Below are positions 28,224 through 38,090 of a DNA stretch of 64,000 bases, piece after piece. Numbering within the stretch: the stretch's first letter is position 1; each line of letters starts with the position of its first letter. The translations under genes and the position numbers were made by a program. The notes beneath the pieces are model-generated. The model did no database searches and was not told where the DNA came from. It saw only the letters and a list, made by a program, of their open reading frames with translations. The DNA lies in NCBI GenBank assembly GCA_963675355.2, contig CAXXMZ010000024.1, positions 23,307-87,306 of the forward strand. Reading direction: 5' to 3'. The stretch comes from Christensenellaceae bacterium. GTDB taxonomy: Bacteria; Bacillota; Clostridia; Christensenellales; UBA1431.

Positions 28224-29717
28224 ATGTCTTCATTATTCTACGGTCTTGAAATAGCAAAATCTGGGTTATATGCCAGCCAATATGCGTTAAATGTGACAGG
28301 ACATAACATTGCAAACGCAGATACAGAAGGGTATACTAGGCAGAGGCTGGATGCAACCGCAAAGGATTATGCAAAAGGAGTACAGCTTTTAGCAACAACT
28401 GAGCTTGCCTATATAGGTCAGGGCGTTAGCATCGATTCTGTTACGCAGATAAGAGATAGTTTTTTGGATAAACAGTTCAGGGATGAAAGCTCAGAGGCAG
28501 GATATTGGAGCAAACTTACTACTGGAATGGAAGACTTAGAGATAATGTTTGACGAATTGTCTGACTCTAGCATTAGCAATACGTTAATTGATTTTTTTGG
28601 TAGTTTTCAGGATCTTTCGAATAATCCGACTGATTATGAAGTACGCGTTGAAGTAATGAGCAAGGGGCTACAGCTTACATCGACGTTGAATTATTATTAC
28701 GAAAAACTTGAAGCACAGCAAAAAGTTTATGATGAATCTGTGAGTACACTAGTTGCACAGGTCAATCAGATTGCTGAAAATATTTCGAAGTTGAATAAAA
28801 ATATCAGGTTGTTTGAGACATCAGGAGAAAAAGCAAACGATTTACGAGATCAGCGTAATATTCTAATTGATGAGTTATCAAGCATAATTGATATTGAGTA
28901 TAGTGAAACAGATGCGAACGGGTTGGTTATCCAAATTGATGGGCGTGATTTAGTCAGTAATACTACTGTCAATGAGCTTTCGGTCACTCAAACATCTATG
29001 AATAACATCACAGGGACAAGCGATTTGAATCAGGTAGTATGGGCTAGTGATTCTGCATCGGTTGCAATAAATTCCGGTCAACTTAAAGGCATTTTACAGC
29101 TAAGAGACGGAAATAGCCAAGATGCCTATGGTGTACCGTATTTGGCGAACGAATTGAATAAGTTAGCTAGTGCTTTGGTGAGTGAAGTGAACGCAGTGCA
29201 TACTCAGGGGTATTCTATTCCATGTACAGAGAACGGTGACGTTTCTACTACTGGCATAAACTTTTTTGATGATTTGGGAGGGGCTACACCTATTACAGCG
29301 GGCAATATAAATCTATCTAGTGAGATATTATTAACAGCGAATAACATTGCGGCATCCGATGCGCTGGTTTCAGACGTTACATTACAACATGGTAACAATA
29401 TTAATGCACTTGCTTTGGTAGATTTGTTTAATTCAGGATCTATTCCTGGAATAGAAAGTTTTCAAGGATTTTTAACGTCTACTGTGTCCAACTTAGGGAT
29501 AGCGGTGGAATACGATAAAAATATGCAAGAAATGCAAGCTGAGATGTTGGCTAACAAGGAAAACAGCCGATTGTCTATTTCGGGGGTATCGGTGGATGAA
29601 GAATTAACAAACCTTGTTAAGTATCAGCATGCTTACTCGGCAGCATCACGCGTTATTACTACCATTGATGAGATGCTGGATAAATTGATTAATAGTACGG
29701 GTATGGTAGGAAGATAA
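28224..29717 (+). CDS. flgK: Hook-associated protein 1 FlgK
   Basis: ATG 28224 after GAGGAGG. GLYASQYALNVTGHNIANADTEGYTRQ; C-terminal ELTNLVKYQHAYSAASRVI. Confidence 0.9.
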   Translation: MSSLFYGLEIAKSGLYASQYALNVTGHNIANADTEGYTRQRLDATAKDYAKGVQLLATTELAYIGQGVSIDSVTQIRDSFLDKQFRDESSEAGYWSKLTTGMEDLEIMFDELSDSSISNTLIDFFGSFQDLSNNPTDYEVRVEVMSKGLQLTSTLNYYYEKLEAQQKVYDESVSTLVAQVNQIAENISKLNKNIRLFETSGEKANDLRDQRNILIDELSSIIDIEYSETDANGLVIQIDGRDLVSNTTVNELSVTQTSMNNITGTSDLNQVVWASDSASVAINSGQLKGILQLRDGNSQDAYGVPYLANELNKLASALVSEVNAVHTQGYSIPCTENGDVSTTGINFFDDLGGATPITAGNINLSSEILLTANNIAASDALVSDVTLQHGNNINALALVDLFNSGSIPGIESFQGFLTSTVSNLGIAVEYDKNMQEMQAEMLANKENSRLSISGVSVDEELTNLVKYQHAYSAASRVITTIDEMLDKLINSTGMVGR

Positions 29718-29741
29718 ATTTGTGAATTGGAGGGGATAAAT

Positions 29742-30677
29742 ATGCGAGTAATATCAAGCATGATATCAAAGACGTTTATAGGCGATTTGAATAATAATTT
29801 GGCCAAGTTGAGCAAATTGCAAGAGCAAAGCGCAACTAACAGGACGATGATTCGCATATCCGATGACCCAGTTGCGCTTATTTCTGCGTTGCAAGTTCGC
29901 GAAAGATTAGGCGATATTGAGCAGTATAGTGAAAATCTTGTTAGAGCTCAAGGGTGGTTGACTCAAACTGAAAGCAGCTTGATGGAGATAGACAGTGTTA
30001 TTGATTCTGCCTATGAACTTTGTGTTAAGGCGTCATCAGATACTGTTACCCCAAGTGATAGAGAAATGATCGCAACGGAGATTAAACAACTTCGTGATCA
30101 GTTAATTAATACTGGGAACTCAAAGATGAGCAGTCAATATGTGTTTGGTGGATATAACACCACTGTAATGCCGTTTGAAGTAGATGCTTCTGGCGATATA
30201 TTTTATAACGGTGTAGACATGGTAAACGGTAGCGCAGCACAACTTGCAACCTTAAAAACAGAAGCACTTGAATATGAGTTGGGTTCTGGTGGATTAAAGA
30301 TGGATGTTGCGTTTAGTGGTGCCGAGGTGTTTGGAACTGGTGATGAAAATCTTTATAAAATTTTTGACGATCTATATAATGACTTAATGTCCGGTCAAAC
30401 GGGTGCAGAGATTGACGATTATGTTACTAAGTTAGAAGATAAACGAGAAGATATTTTAGGCTTGGTAAGTGTAGTTGGTGCAAGATCGTCTAGGGTAACG
30501 TTATTAAAAGAACGCTATGCAGAGGACACCTTAAATTATCAAACTATGAAGACTAATATTGAGGACGTTGATCAGGCTGAAATTTATTTGAAATATTCGG
30601 CGTCAAAGGCGGTTTATACTTCTACGCTAGGTATGGGAGCACAAATAATTCTCCCCACTCTTTCAGATTATTTATAG
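29742..30677 (+). CDS. flgL: Hook-associated protein 3 FlgL
   Basis: Flagellin-like N-terminus (LSKLQEQSATNRTMIRISDDPVA) and flagellin-like C-terminus. Confidence 0.85.
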   Translation: MRVISSMISKTFIGDLNNNLAKLSKLQEQSATNRTMIRISDDPVALISALQVRERLGDIEQYSENLVRAQGWLTQTESSLMEIDSVIDSAYELCVKASSDTVTPSDREMIATEIKQLRDQLINTGNSKMSSQYVFGGYNTTVMPFEVDASGDIFYNGVDMVNGSAAQLATLKTEALEYELGSGGLKMDVAFSGAEVFGTGDENLYKIFDDLYNDLMSGQTGAEIDDYVTKLEDKREDILGLVSVVGARSSRVTLLKERYAEDTLNYQTMKTNIEDVDQAEIYLKYSASKAVYTSTLGMGAQIILPTLSDYL

Positions 30678-30704
30678 GAGAAGAAATTTAAGTGAGGTCT
30701 AAAA

Positions 30705-31184
30705 ATGGTAATAGAGACGCTACAGTTTGGCGCTATTGAAATCGCCGAAGATCGGATAATTAGTTTTGAAAACGGTATTCCAGGATTTGAGGAGATAAAA
30801 AGATTCGCATTAATAGATGTTGAAGAATCGTATCCAGTTTTATGGTTACAAGCTATAGATCAACCTCATATTTCTCTTGCAACCATTAATCCATTCTTGC
30901 TTTTTGAGGACTATGATATAGAAATTTGCGATGATGAAATCAGTGAATTGTGTATTAAAGATCAAGAAGATGTAATGGTTCTTTGTGTGCTGGTAGTTCC
31001 TAAAAATGTTTATGAAATGACGGTGAATCTTGTCGCCCCGATAGTAATCAACGTTAAGAATTCAAAAGCAAAGCAATTATTGATTGATAGTAAAAAGTTT
31101 TTGATGCGACAGCCTGCATATTCTGCCTTTTGCAAAGTTGTGGAAGGAGGTATATCCGATGCTGGTTCTGAGCAGAAAGGCTAA
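30705..31184 (+). CDS. fliW: Flagellar assembly factor FliW (CsrA antagonist)
   Basis: FENGIPGFEEIKRFALID..PVLWLQAID..LVAPIVINV. Confidence 0.9.
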   Translation: MVIETLQFGAIEIAEDRIISFENGIPGFEEIKRFALIDVEESYPVLWLQAIDQPHISLATINPFLLFEDYDIEICDDEISELCIKDQEDVMVLCVLVVPKNVYEMTVNLVAPIVINVKNSKAKQLLIDSKKFLMRQPAYSAFCKVVEGGISDAGSEQKG

Positions 31185-31389
31185 TCAGGGATTAATGATT
31201 GGCGATGATATTGAGATCAAAATATTTAGCATAGATGGGGACAGGGTTAGCATTGGTATAGAGGCACCCAAAGCTCTTCGTATAGTTAGGGATGAATTGA
31301 TAGGAGAGGTTGGGCAAGAAAACGTTCAAGCTTTATCTACTTCTCTGACCGATGTTTATTCGGCTATTGGAAGAATAGATAATAAATGA
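31159..31389 (+). CDS. csrA: Carbon storage regulator CsrA
   Basis: MLVLSRKANQGLMIGDDIEIKIFSIDGDRVSIGIEAPKALRIVRDEL; overlaps the fliW 3' end by 26 nt. Confidence 0.9.
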   Translation: MLVLSRKANQGLMIGDDIEIKIFSIDGDRVSIGIEAPKALRIVRDELIGEVGQENVQALSTSLTDVYSAIGRIDNK

Positions 31390-31399
31390 ACCGAAATGT

Positions 31400-31427
31400 T
31401 AAACAGCGCAAACGCGCTGTTTTTTTT
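31400..31427 (+). terminator. Rho-independent terminator after csrA
   Basis: AACAGCGC-AAAC-GCGCTGTT hairpin followed by a T run. Confidence 0.8.
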
Positions 31428-31492
31428 AGTTTTGGTCTAGGGATACCGAAGTTAAATTAATCGATTAACCTAAAAATCAAGATACTTATAAA

Positions 31493-31520
31493 CAAAAAAA
31501 AGAACCGCGTAGCGGTTCTT
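31493..31520 (-). terminator. Rho-independent terminator after fliC
   Basis: On the minus strand: AGAACCGC-TAC-GCGGTTCT followed by a T8 run. Confidence 0.8.
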
Positions 31521-31536
31521 TTTATTAATGTGATGA

Positions 31537-32634
31537 CTATTGGAGTAATTTTAGCACGTTCTGCGGGGCAGAATTTGCCTGAGCTAGCATCGAAGTTGCT
31601 GCCTGTAACAAGATATTGTTCTTTGTTTGTGTAGACATTTCCTTAGCCATGTCAACGTCTCTAATACGAGATTCAGCTGCTGTTAGGTTCTCAGCTGATG
31701 CATTCAAGTTATTGATCTTGTGTGTTAGCCTGTTTTGAATAGCACCAAGTGATGCACGCGTCTGTGATACCGTGTTGATTGCGCTGTTTACAAGAGTAAT
31801 TGCAGCTTCAGCATTTGCACGAGTATCAACACCTGCGGTAGTAACATTTAATGTGGTAGCATCGCAAGCATCGATAGCAATGCTCATCGAATCGCCTTGG
31901 TTAGCGCCAGTTTGAATCTGTCCGCCTCCGCCAGCTCCCATTTCGATAGTTTCACCACTTAGGGAACCAGCGGCATATCCTTCGTTAAACTTAATGGTTA
32001 TACCGTATTCGGATATGTTTAGTGTGCCAGCGCCAGCGGCAGGAGCTCCGCCTGTAATAGTGACGGATGTACCTTGGTCACTAGAAACTGTTAGGTCACC
32101 TGCGGCCTCAGTGAAGGTAAAGATTTCGCCGGCTACACCTGATGCAGATACAGAAGATACACCAGGAACATTTGCAAATATCGTTGAGGCACTCTGATCA
32201 ACAGATACTCCGAAGGTGCCATCTAGTAGGTTCATGTCGTTGAAAGATGTCTTATCTGCGATGTCGTCGATTTCAGCTATCAGTTGCTGGAACTCAGCAT
32301 CGAGTGCTGCACGGTCTACAGTTGTTTCGTTTGTGTCAGAAGCAGACTGTGTAGCTAGTTCACGCATACGCTGTAAGATCGAGTGAGTCTCTTGAAGCGC
32401 ACCTTCAGCAGTTTGTACTAAAGAGATAGCATCCTGAGAGTTTTTCGAAGCCATGTCTAGGCCACGAATCTGAGCACGCATTTTTTCTGAGATAGCAAGA
32501 CCAGCAGCGTCATCACCTGCACGGTTGATGCGGAATCCCGAAGAAAGCTTCTCAGTCGAGTTAGCAACGTTTTGCGTGTTTACCGTATACTGACGGTGAG
32601 TGTTAAGAGCCATAATGTTATTGTTTATACGCAT
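31537..32634 (-). CDS. fliC: Flagellin
   Basis: MRINNNIMALNTHRQ.., LSSGFRINRAGDDAAGLAISEKMRAQIRGL, C-terminal ..AQANSAPQNVLKLLQ; 365 aa. Confidence 0.95.
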   Translation of the reverse strand: MRINNNIMALNTHRQYTVNTQNVANSTEKLSSGFRINRAGDDAAGLAISEKMRAQIRGLDMASKNSQDAISLVQTAEGALQETHSILQRMRELATQSASDTNETTVDRAALDAEFQQLIAEIDDIADKTSFNDMNLLDGTFGVSVDQSASTIFANVPGVSSVSASGVAGEIFTFTEAAGDLTVSSDQGTSVTITGGAPAAGAGTLNISEYGITIKFNEGYAAGSLSGETIEMGAGGGGQIQTGANQGDSMSIAIDACDATTLNVTTAGVDTRANAEAAITLVNSAINTVSQTRASLGAIQNRLTHKINNLNASAENLTAAESRIRDVDMAKEMSTQTKNNILLQAATSMLAQANSAPQNVLKLLQ

Positions 32635-32745
32635 TTAAATTTCCTCCTTGAAATTATGCTCTAGGCGTCCATGCCGAGCAGTTTTTTTTTGATTAAAGCA
32701 TTAGTTTTGGGCCCTAAAACGTAATGTTTAAATCGTTTTACAAAC
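32635..32745 (-). promoter_or_regulatory. fliC 5' leader with two CsrA-type GGA sites
   Basis: On the minus strand, hairpin GCUCGGC-AUGGAC-GCCUAGAGC (32658-32679) presents GGA in a hexaloop. The second site is the SD AAGGAGGA (32642-32649). The two sites are about 22-25 nt apart. Confidence 0.5.
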
Positions 32746-32748
32746 AAT

Positions 32749-32775
32749 ATATCGGTCTAAAAAGCTAAAAACTTA
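32749..32775 (-). promoter_or_regulatory. Sigma-28 (FliA/SigD) promoter of fliC
   Basis: Minus strand reads TAAG-N15-ACCGATAT, compared with consensus TAAA-N15-GCCGATAT. Confidence 0.7.
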
Positions 32776-32875
32776 TTCACTCATTGTGAATATACCTACT
32801 TATTCACAATTTGCAAACATTAATAGACAAAATTACTTAATATTTGCTTAATAATGAGTTTAGCAATCCAAAAAG

Positions 32876-32903
32876 TTGATGATTTATGAACATATATGAT
32901 AAT
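32876..32903 (+). promoter_or_regulatory. Candidate sigma-A promoter for the fliF operon
   Basis: TTGATG-N16-GATAAT, about 60 nt upstream of fliF. Confidence 0.35.
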
Positions 32904-32965
32904 GATTGTAAAATTTTGTGATTAGATATTGGGTATTTCACAGCATGACAAGGAGCAAGTAAGGA

Positions 32966-34561
32966 ATGAAAAATGGCACAAATTTTATCACGTACATTCG
33001 TACACAAGTAGGAGAATTATTTAAAAACACAAAAAAAACTAAGCTGATAAAATACGGTGTCATAGCGCTGGCCGTAATTCTGGTGATAGTAATACTATTA
33101 TCGGAACTTAATAAGACTAGCTACTCGGTACTTTATTCTGACATGGACGCATCAGATGCGGGAGAAGTAATAGAAGTACTGAATTCTATGGGTGTTGAAA
33201 ATAAAAGCGAGGGTGCGGGAACGATACTGGTTCCGTCCGATCAAGCCGATTCTCTACGAATGGAGCTGGCGGCTCAAGGCTATCCAAATAGTGGATTGAA
33301 TTACGACATATTCCAGCAAGCATCCGGCTTGGGAACGACAGATATGGAAAAGCAAACATATTTACAATTTCAGCTACAAGAAAATTTAAGACAAACAATA
33401 ATCAAGCTTAACGGAGTGGCTGATGCGACCGTTACGATAAGCCTAAAAGATGAGTCGGCGTACGTATTATCTGGAGATGAAAGCAAGGCATCGGCTGCTA
33501 TTATGCTTGAGCTTGATACAAAGGGTAAGCTTGAGCAATCGCAGGTTAAGGCTATAGCTGAGTTGGTATCAAAAAGTGTACCTGGCGGCGTTGAAATGGA
33601 AGATATCAGAATAATTGACACAGAGATGAACCTTTATGATTTATCCTCGGAAGATGGGTACGCTAACGTCGGGTCTCACGCTCAATTGCAAAATCAAACA
33701 CGTGATTCGCTGCAGGAGCAGGTAATCAATCTACTTAATCCAATCTTTGGAACTGGCAATGTATTGGCAGAGGTAAATGTGGTGTTGGATTTTGATAAAA
33801 CTACTACCGAGAAAATTGAGTTTTCACCGCCAATAGAGGGCGAAACTGAGGGTATAGCAACTGAGATTGCTGAACTAGCTGAAAACATTGATAATTATAA
33901 TGGAGATACTGCCGAGGGTACTACTGGCCAGGATAGTAATGGTGGATCAACATCTTATGTTGAAACGACTGGTGACGGTAATAGCGTTTATAGCAAGGTG
34001 ACAAAAGACGTAAGTATGGAGGTCAATCAAACAAAAACTCTGATAGAAAAAGAACAGGGTCAAATTAAAGATTTATCTGTATCTGTAATTATAAATAATG
34101 TTGATCAATCGGAGGATTATACAAAAGAGGTTACTAATGTTGTTGCAAATGCAGTAGGAGTTGATCCTACTAGAATAACAGTTGAATATATGCCGTTTAC
34201 ACAAGCCGATAACCTAGAGGTTGCTTCGGCGTTTGATAAGCAAAAAGAGTTGGTTAACTCATCAAATACATGGGATCTAATCAAGATAATTATCATTGTA
34301 TTAGGCGGAATAATTGTACTTTTGATCCTACTACGTACGTTTGGAGGAAAAATAAAGCGATCAAAACAGGACTATGAGGGCTTTGAGGCTGTTGTAGGCG
34401 ATGTGGATGATGTAAATAGTATTGATGAAGTTACCGATATAGATGGTGAAAGGCATATGACTAAGGATCAAAGGAATAGGTCTGATATCGAAAAATACAT
34501 TGGGAAAAATCCTGAATCTGTTGCACAGTTACTAAGGAATTGGCTGTCTGACGAGGATTAA
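32966..34561 (+). CDS. fliF: MS-ring protein FliF
   Basis: 531 aa with N-terminal TM helix, YSVLYSDMD..GEVIEVLNSMGV, a second TM helix near the C-terminus, and C-terminal ..VAQLLRNWL. Confidence 0.9.
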   Translation: MKNGTNFITYIRTQVGELFKNTKKTKLIKYGVIALAVILVIVILLSELNKTSYSVLYSDMDASDAGEVIEVLNSMGVENKSEGAGTILVPSDQADSLRMELAAQGYPNSGLNYDIFQQASGLGTTDMEKQTYLQFQLQENLRQTIIKLNGVADATVTISLKDESAYVLSGDESKASAAIMLELDTKGKLEQSQVKAIAELVSKSVPGGVEMEDIRIIDTEMNLYDLSSEDGYANVGSHAQLQNQTRDSLQEQVINLLNPIFGTGNVLAEVNVVLDFDKTTTEKIEFSPPIEGETEGIATEIAELAENIDNYNGDTAEGTTGQDSNGGSTSYVETTGDGNSVYSKVTKDVSMEVNQTKTLIEKEQGQIKDLSVSVIINNVDQSEDYTKEVTNVVANAVGVDPTRITVEYMPFTQADNLEVASAFDKQKELVNSSNTWDLIKIIIIVLGGIIVLLILLRTFGGKIKRSKQDYEGFEAVVGDVDDVNSIDEVTDIDGERHMTKDQRNRSDIEKYIGKNPESVAQLLRNWLSDED

Positions 34562-34575
34562 TGGGAGGTGCTGAA

Positions 34576-35586
34576 ATGGTGGAATATGAAGAACTGACAT
34601 CGAGAGAAAAAGCAGCAATATTAATGATTACTATGGGCAAATCAGCGTCTGCTATGTTATATAGGCATCTTAAGGACGATGAAATAGAGCAGCTTACACT
34701 CGATATTTCTGCAATGCGACGGATAGACCCTGAGGTAAGGAATAGTGTGATAAACGAGTTTCACGAAATATGTATTGCACAACAGTTTATATCTGAGGGC
34801 GGATTAGATTATGCAAAAGAAATTTTAGAAGAGGCTATTGGTCCAGAAAAAACTAGTAGACTTATGGAGAAGCTGACTACGTCGCTGCATACAAGACCAT
34901 TTGATTTTTTTAAGGATGCTGACATTGAACAAATACTTAACTTTATACAAGATGAACATCCGCAAACTATTGCTTTAATATTATCTTATCTTGATAAGGC
35001 AAAAGCGGCGGCTGTAATAATTGAGTTAGATGATGAATTACAGACAGATGTTGTTGCACGTATAGCTACTATGGGGGCAACATCTCCTGAATATATAAAA
35101 GAAGCTGAACGGATATTAGAACGCAAAATCTCGTCGATGGGAACTGCAAATCAAGAAGTGGCTGGCGGACTGGATGCTATTGTTGCAATATTGAACATGG
35201 TTGATCAGACTACCGAAAGACGTATTTTAGAGGCTATGGAAAAAGAGGATGAGGAGTTAACGGATGAAATTCGAAGCAGGCTATTTGTGTTTGAGGACAT
35301 TGCAAAGATGGATAACCAAGCTATCCAGCGTGTACTAAGAGATATGGATAATTCGGATCTAGCTACTGCATTAAAGGGATCAAGCAAGGAAGTAACGGCA
35401 GTTATTTTTGATAACGTTTCTAAACGCTTGCAAGAGCAGTTAAAAGAGGATATCGAGCTTATGGGACCTGTTCGTGTGCGTGATGTTGAAGAAGCACAGC
35501 AAAAGATTGTAAACATGATACGCAAACTAGAGGAGGCAGGAGAGATTATTCCTGTTCGCGGTGGAGAGGATGAGATGATTGTTTAA
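34576..35586 (+). CDS. fliG: Rotor switch protein FliG
   Basis: LTSREKAAILMITMG, and the C-terminal torque-helix region VRVRDVEEAQQKIVNMIRKLEEAGEI. Confidence 0.9.
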   Translation: MVEYEELTSREKAAILMITMGKSASAMLYRHLKDDEIEQLTLDISAMRRIDPEVRNSVINEFHEICIAQQFISEGGLDYAKEILEEAIGPEKTSRLMEKLTTSLHTRPFDFFKDADIEQILNFIQDEHPQTIALILSYLDKAKAAAVIIELDDELQTDVVARIATMGATSPEYIKEAERILERKISSMGTANQEVAGGLDAIVAILNMVDQTTERRILEAMEKEDEELTDEIRSRLFVFEDIAKMDNQAIQRVLRDMDNSDLATALKGSSKEVTAVIFDNVSKRLQEQLKEDIELMGPVRVRDVEEAQQKIVNMIRKLEEAGEIIPVRGGEDEMIV

Positions 35587-36331
35587 AATTGAAAAGCATT
35601 TAGCTGATGCATCCATAAATCGAAATGCCACTATTGAAAAAGAGTTTGATACGGTTTATCAGCGGGAGGTCTTGCTTAATTCAATTAAAAAAGAAATTAT
35701 TGCTAAACAAGCGGAGCTTGAGGCGATAGAAAAAGCAGCGATAGAAAAAGAAATGGCGGTAAAAAATCACTGTAAAGGTCTCGTGGAAAGAGCTAGACAA
35801 GAGATTGAAGTATTAAAAAAAGATGCATGGAATGAAGGTTATCAGTTGGGACGCGAGGAAGCACAAGAAATCATAGACGACGCCCAGACGGCCAAGAAAA
35901 ACGAAATGGAACGATTTATGACCCAGATCGCTAGAATGCGCGAAGAAACATGGGCAAGCTCGGAATCTGAGATTATTGATTTTTGCATATCTATGGCAGA
36001 AAAGGTAGTTTGTGTTGCTTTGGATAAAGATGATGAGCTGTATCTTAATATGATTAAAAATGCTCTAACTAAGATAAAATGCGATAGCCTTGTACAGGTT
36101 AGCATGAGTAGACAGGATTATATAAAAAGGGTAAATTCGGACACCGCTGTTTTTGACGTTCAAGGGGAGCAAGTTACGGTTGGATTCACCTATAACGATG
36201 AACTGTCAGAAGGCGATTGTATAGTTGAAACTAATGCTGAACGAGTGGATGCTTCTGTTAATACGGCTATTAAACAGATTAAAGAATCAATAACTAAAGA
36301 GGATTTGGACTCAAACGATGCAAAAAATTGA
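35579..36331 (+). CDS. fliH: Flagellar export ATPase regulator FliH
   Basis: Coiled-coil N-terminus plus C-terminal FliH/V-ATPase-E-like region; located between fliG and fliI. Confidence 0.75.
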   Translation: MFKIEKHLADASINRNATIEKEFDTVYQREVLLNSIKKEIIAKQAELEAIEKAAIEKEMAVKNHCKGLVERARQEIEVLKKDAWNEGYQLGREEAQEIIDDAQTAKKNEMERFMTQIARMREETWASSESEIIDFCISMAEKVVCVALDKDDELYLNMIKNALTKIKCDSLVQVSMSRQDYIKRVNSDTAVFDVQGEQVTVGFTYNDELSEGDCIVETNAERVDASVNTAIKQIKESITKEDLDSNDAKN

Positions 36332-37649
36332 TTGGGATAAACATAACAAAGAAGTTTTGCAGACCGAAACCATGTTGGTCGGTGGAAAGGTGCATCAGGT
36401 TGTTGGATTAACTGTTGAAGCTGTGGGCACAGACGCAAAGCTAGGGGATCAATGTGAAATTTTTTCCGTGAGAAATGACAGTAGTGTTCAAGCCGAAGTA
36501 GTCGGATTTCGAGATGACAAACTTTTACTCATGCCGTTAGGCTCCACTATTGGTATAGGCAGGGGCAGCTGGGTTTATACATACAACGATGTTAGAAAAA
36601 TTGCAATAGGTGAGGAGTTTATCGGCAGAGTGCTCGATGGCTTGGGACGTCCGATGGACGAGGGCAAACCACCAAAGATAGAGGCTTATTATCCAATTGA
36701 TAATGATCCGCCTAATCCACTTGAGCGCGAACGTATTAAAGAGATTGTACCATTAGGAGTTCGTGCTATTGATTCGCTTTTGACGGTTGGAAAAGGACAA
36801 AGGATAGGCGTTTTTGCAGGAAGTGGAGTTGGGAAAAGCACGCTTTTAGGCATGATAGCAAGAAACTCAAATGCTGACGTTAATGTAATTACACTTGTTG
36901 GCGAGCGAGGCCGTGAGGTGCGAGATTTTTTAGAGAAGGATCTTAGAAGTGAAGGACGGAAAAAGTCTATTTTGGTTGTAGCTACTTCAGATCAACCTGC
37001 ACTCGTTAGATTAAAGTCAGCTATGGTGGGTACGGCGATAGCTGAGTATTTTCGTGATCAAGGGAAAAATGTATTACTTATGATGGACTCGTTGACAAGG
37101 TTCGCTATGGCTCAGCGCGAGATAGGTATGGCTGTTGGGGAACCGCCTGTAGCAAGAGGATATACGCCGTCTGTTTATTCAGTGTTGCCAAGGCTTTTAG
37201 AGCGAGCAGGCACGTCGCAAAAAGGAACAATAACTGGGCTATATACTGTATTGGTGGAAGGTGATGACATGAATGAGCCAGTATCCGATACAGTTCGAGG
37301 TATACTTGATGGACATATTGTCTTATCACGAGAGTTAGCGCACGAAAATCATTATCCGGCAATCGATATACTATCTAGTGTCAGTAGGATAATGCCAGAT
37401 ATTGTTTCAAAAGAGCATCAGACAAAAGCTGGGTTTATAAAAAATAATCTTGCAATATATTCTCAGGCTCAGGATTTAATCAATATTGGCGCATATAAAA
37501 AGGGTACAGATAGTGCTATCGACAAGTCAATGGATTTAATAAACGATATTAATGATTTACTAAGGCAAAATGCTGATGATACTAGCGATTTTGATGAAAC
37601 TATTCAGCAGTTAATGAAAATTGATGGACAAGGGGCTGTTGAGGAATGA
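36318..37649 (+). CDS. fliI: Flagellum-specific ATPase FliI
   Basis: Walker A GSGVGKST, Walker B LLMMDSLTR, F1-beta-like fold signature. Confidence 0.95.
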   Translation: MQKIDWDKHNKEVLQTETMLVGGKVHQVVGLTVEAVGTDAKLGDQCEIFSVRNDSSVQAEVVGFRDDKLLLMPLGSTIGIGRGSWVYTYNDVRKIAIGEEFIGRVLDGLGRPMDEGKPPKIEAYYPIDNDPPNPLERERIKEIVPLGVRAIDSLLTVGKGQRIGVFAGSGVGKSTLLGMIARNSNADVNVITLVGERGREVRDFLEKDLRSEGRKKSILVVATSDQPALVRLKSAMVGTAIAEYFRDQGKNVLLMMDSLTRFAMAQREIGMAVGEPPVARGYTPSVYSVLPRLLERAGTSQKGTITGLYTVLVEGDDMNEPVSDTVRGILDGHIVLSRELAHENHYPAIDILSSVSRIMPDIVSKEHQTKAGFIKNNLAIYSQAQDLINIGAYKKGTDSAIDKSMDLINDINDLLRQNADDTSDFDETIQQLMKIDGQGAVEE

Positions 37650-38086
37650 AAAAGTTTAAGTTTACACTCGAGTCGGTGGCTAGAGTAAAAAACAGCACTA
37701 AAGAAATGCAAGAAACTTTATTGCATAATGCGCAAAAACAATTGAATGAATTAAATGACCGTATAAATTATTTGAATGATTCATTGAGGATCCATGACTC
37801 TATGATTATCGCGCAAATGAGTGAGGGGATGAGTTGTGAGAGCTTGATAATGCACAATAATTACAAAGTATATATCTTGGATGCTATACAGAAAACGGTT
37901 GTTGAAATAAAGAAGGCTTCTTTACATCATGAAAATTGCAGAAAAGCTTTGGTTGAAACTATGAGAGAAATTAAAACGCTTGATAAAATTAAGGATAAAC
38001 AATACGCAATGTACCTTGAAGAATTCAAAAAGGAAGAAGAAAAGATAATAGGCGATTTTGTATCGTTTAAGGTGCAAAACGCTTAG
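37646..38086 (+). CDS. fliJ: Flagellar export chaperone FliJ
   Basis: 146-aa coiled coil directly after fliI, with a 4-nt overlap. Confidence 0.75.
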   Translation: MKKFKFTLESVARVKNSTKEMQETLLHNAQKQLNELNDRINYLNDSLRIHDSMIIAQMSEGMSCESLIMHNNYKVYILDAIQKTVVEIKKASLHHENCRKALVETMREIKTLDKIKDKQYAMYLEEFKKEEEKIIGDFVSFKVQNA

Positions 38087-38090
38087 GTTA

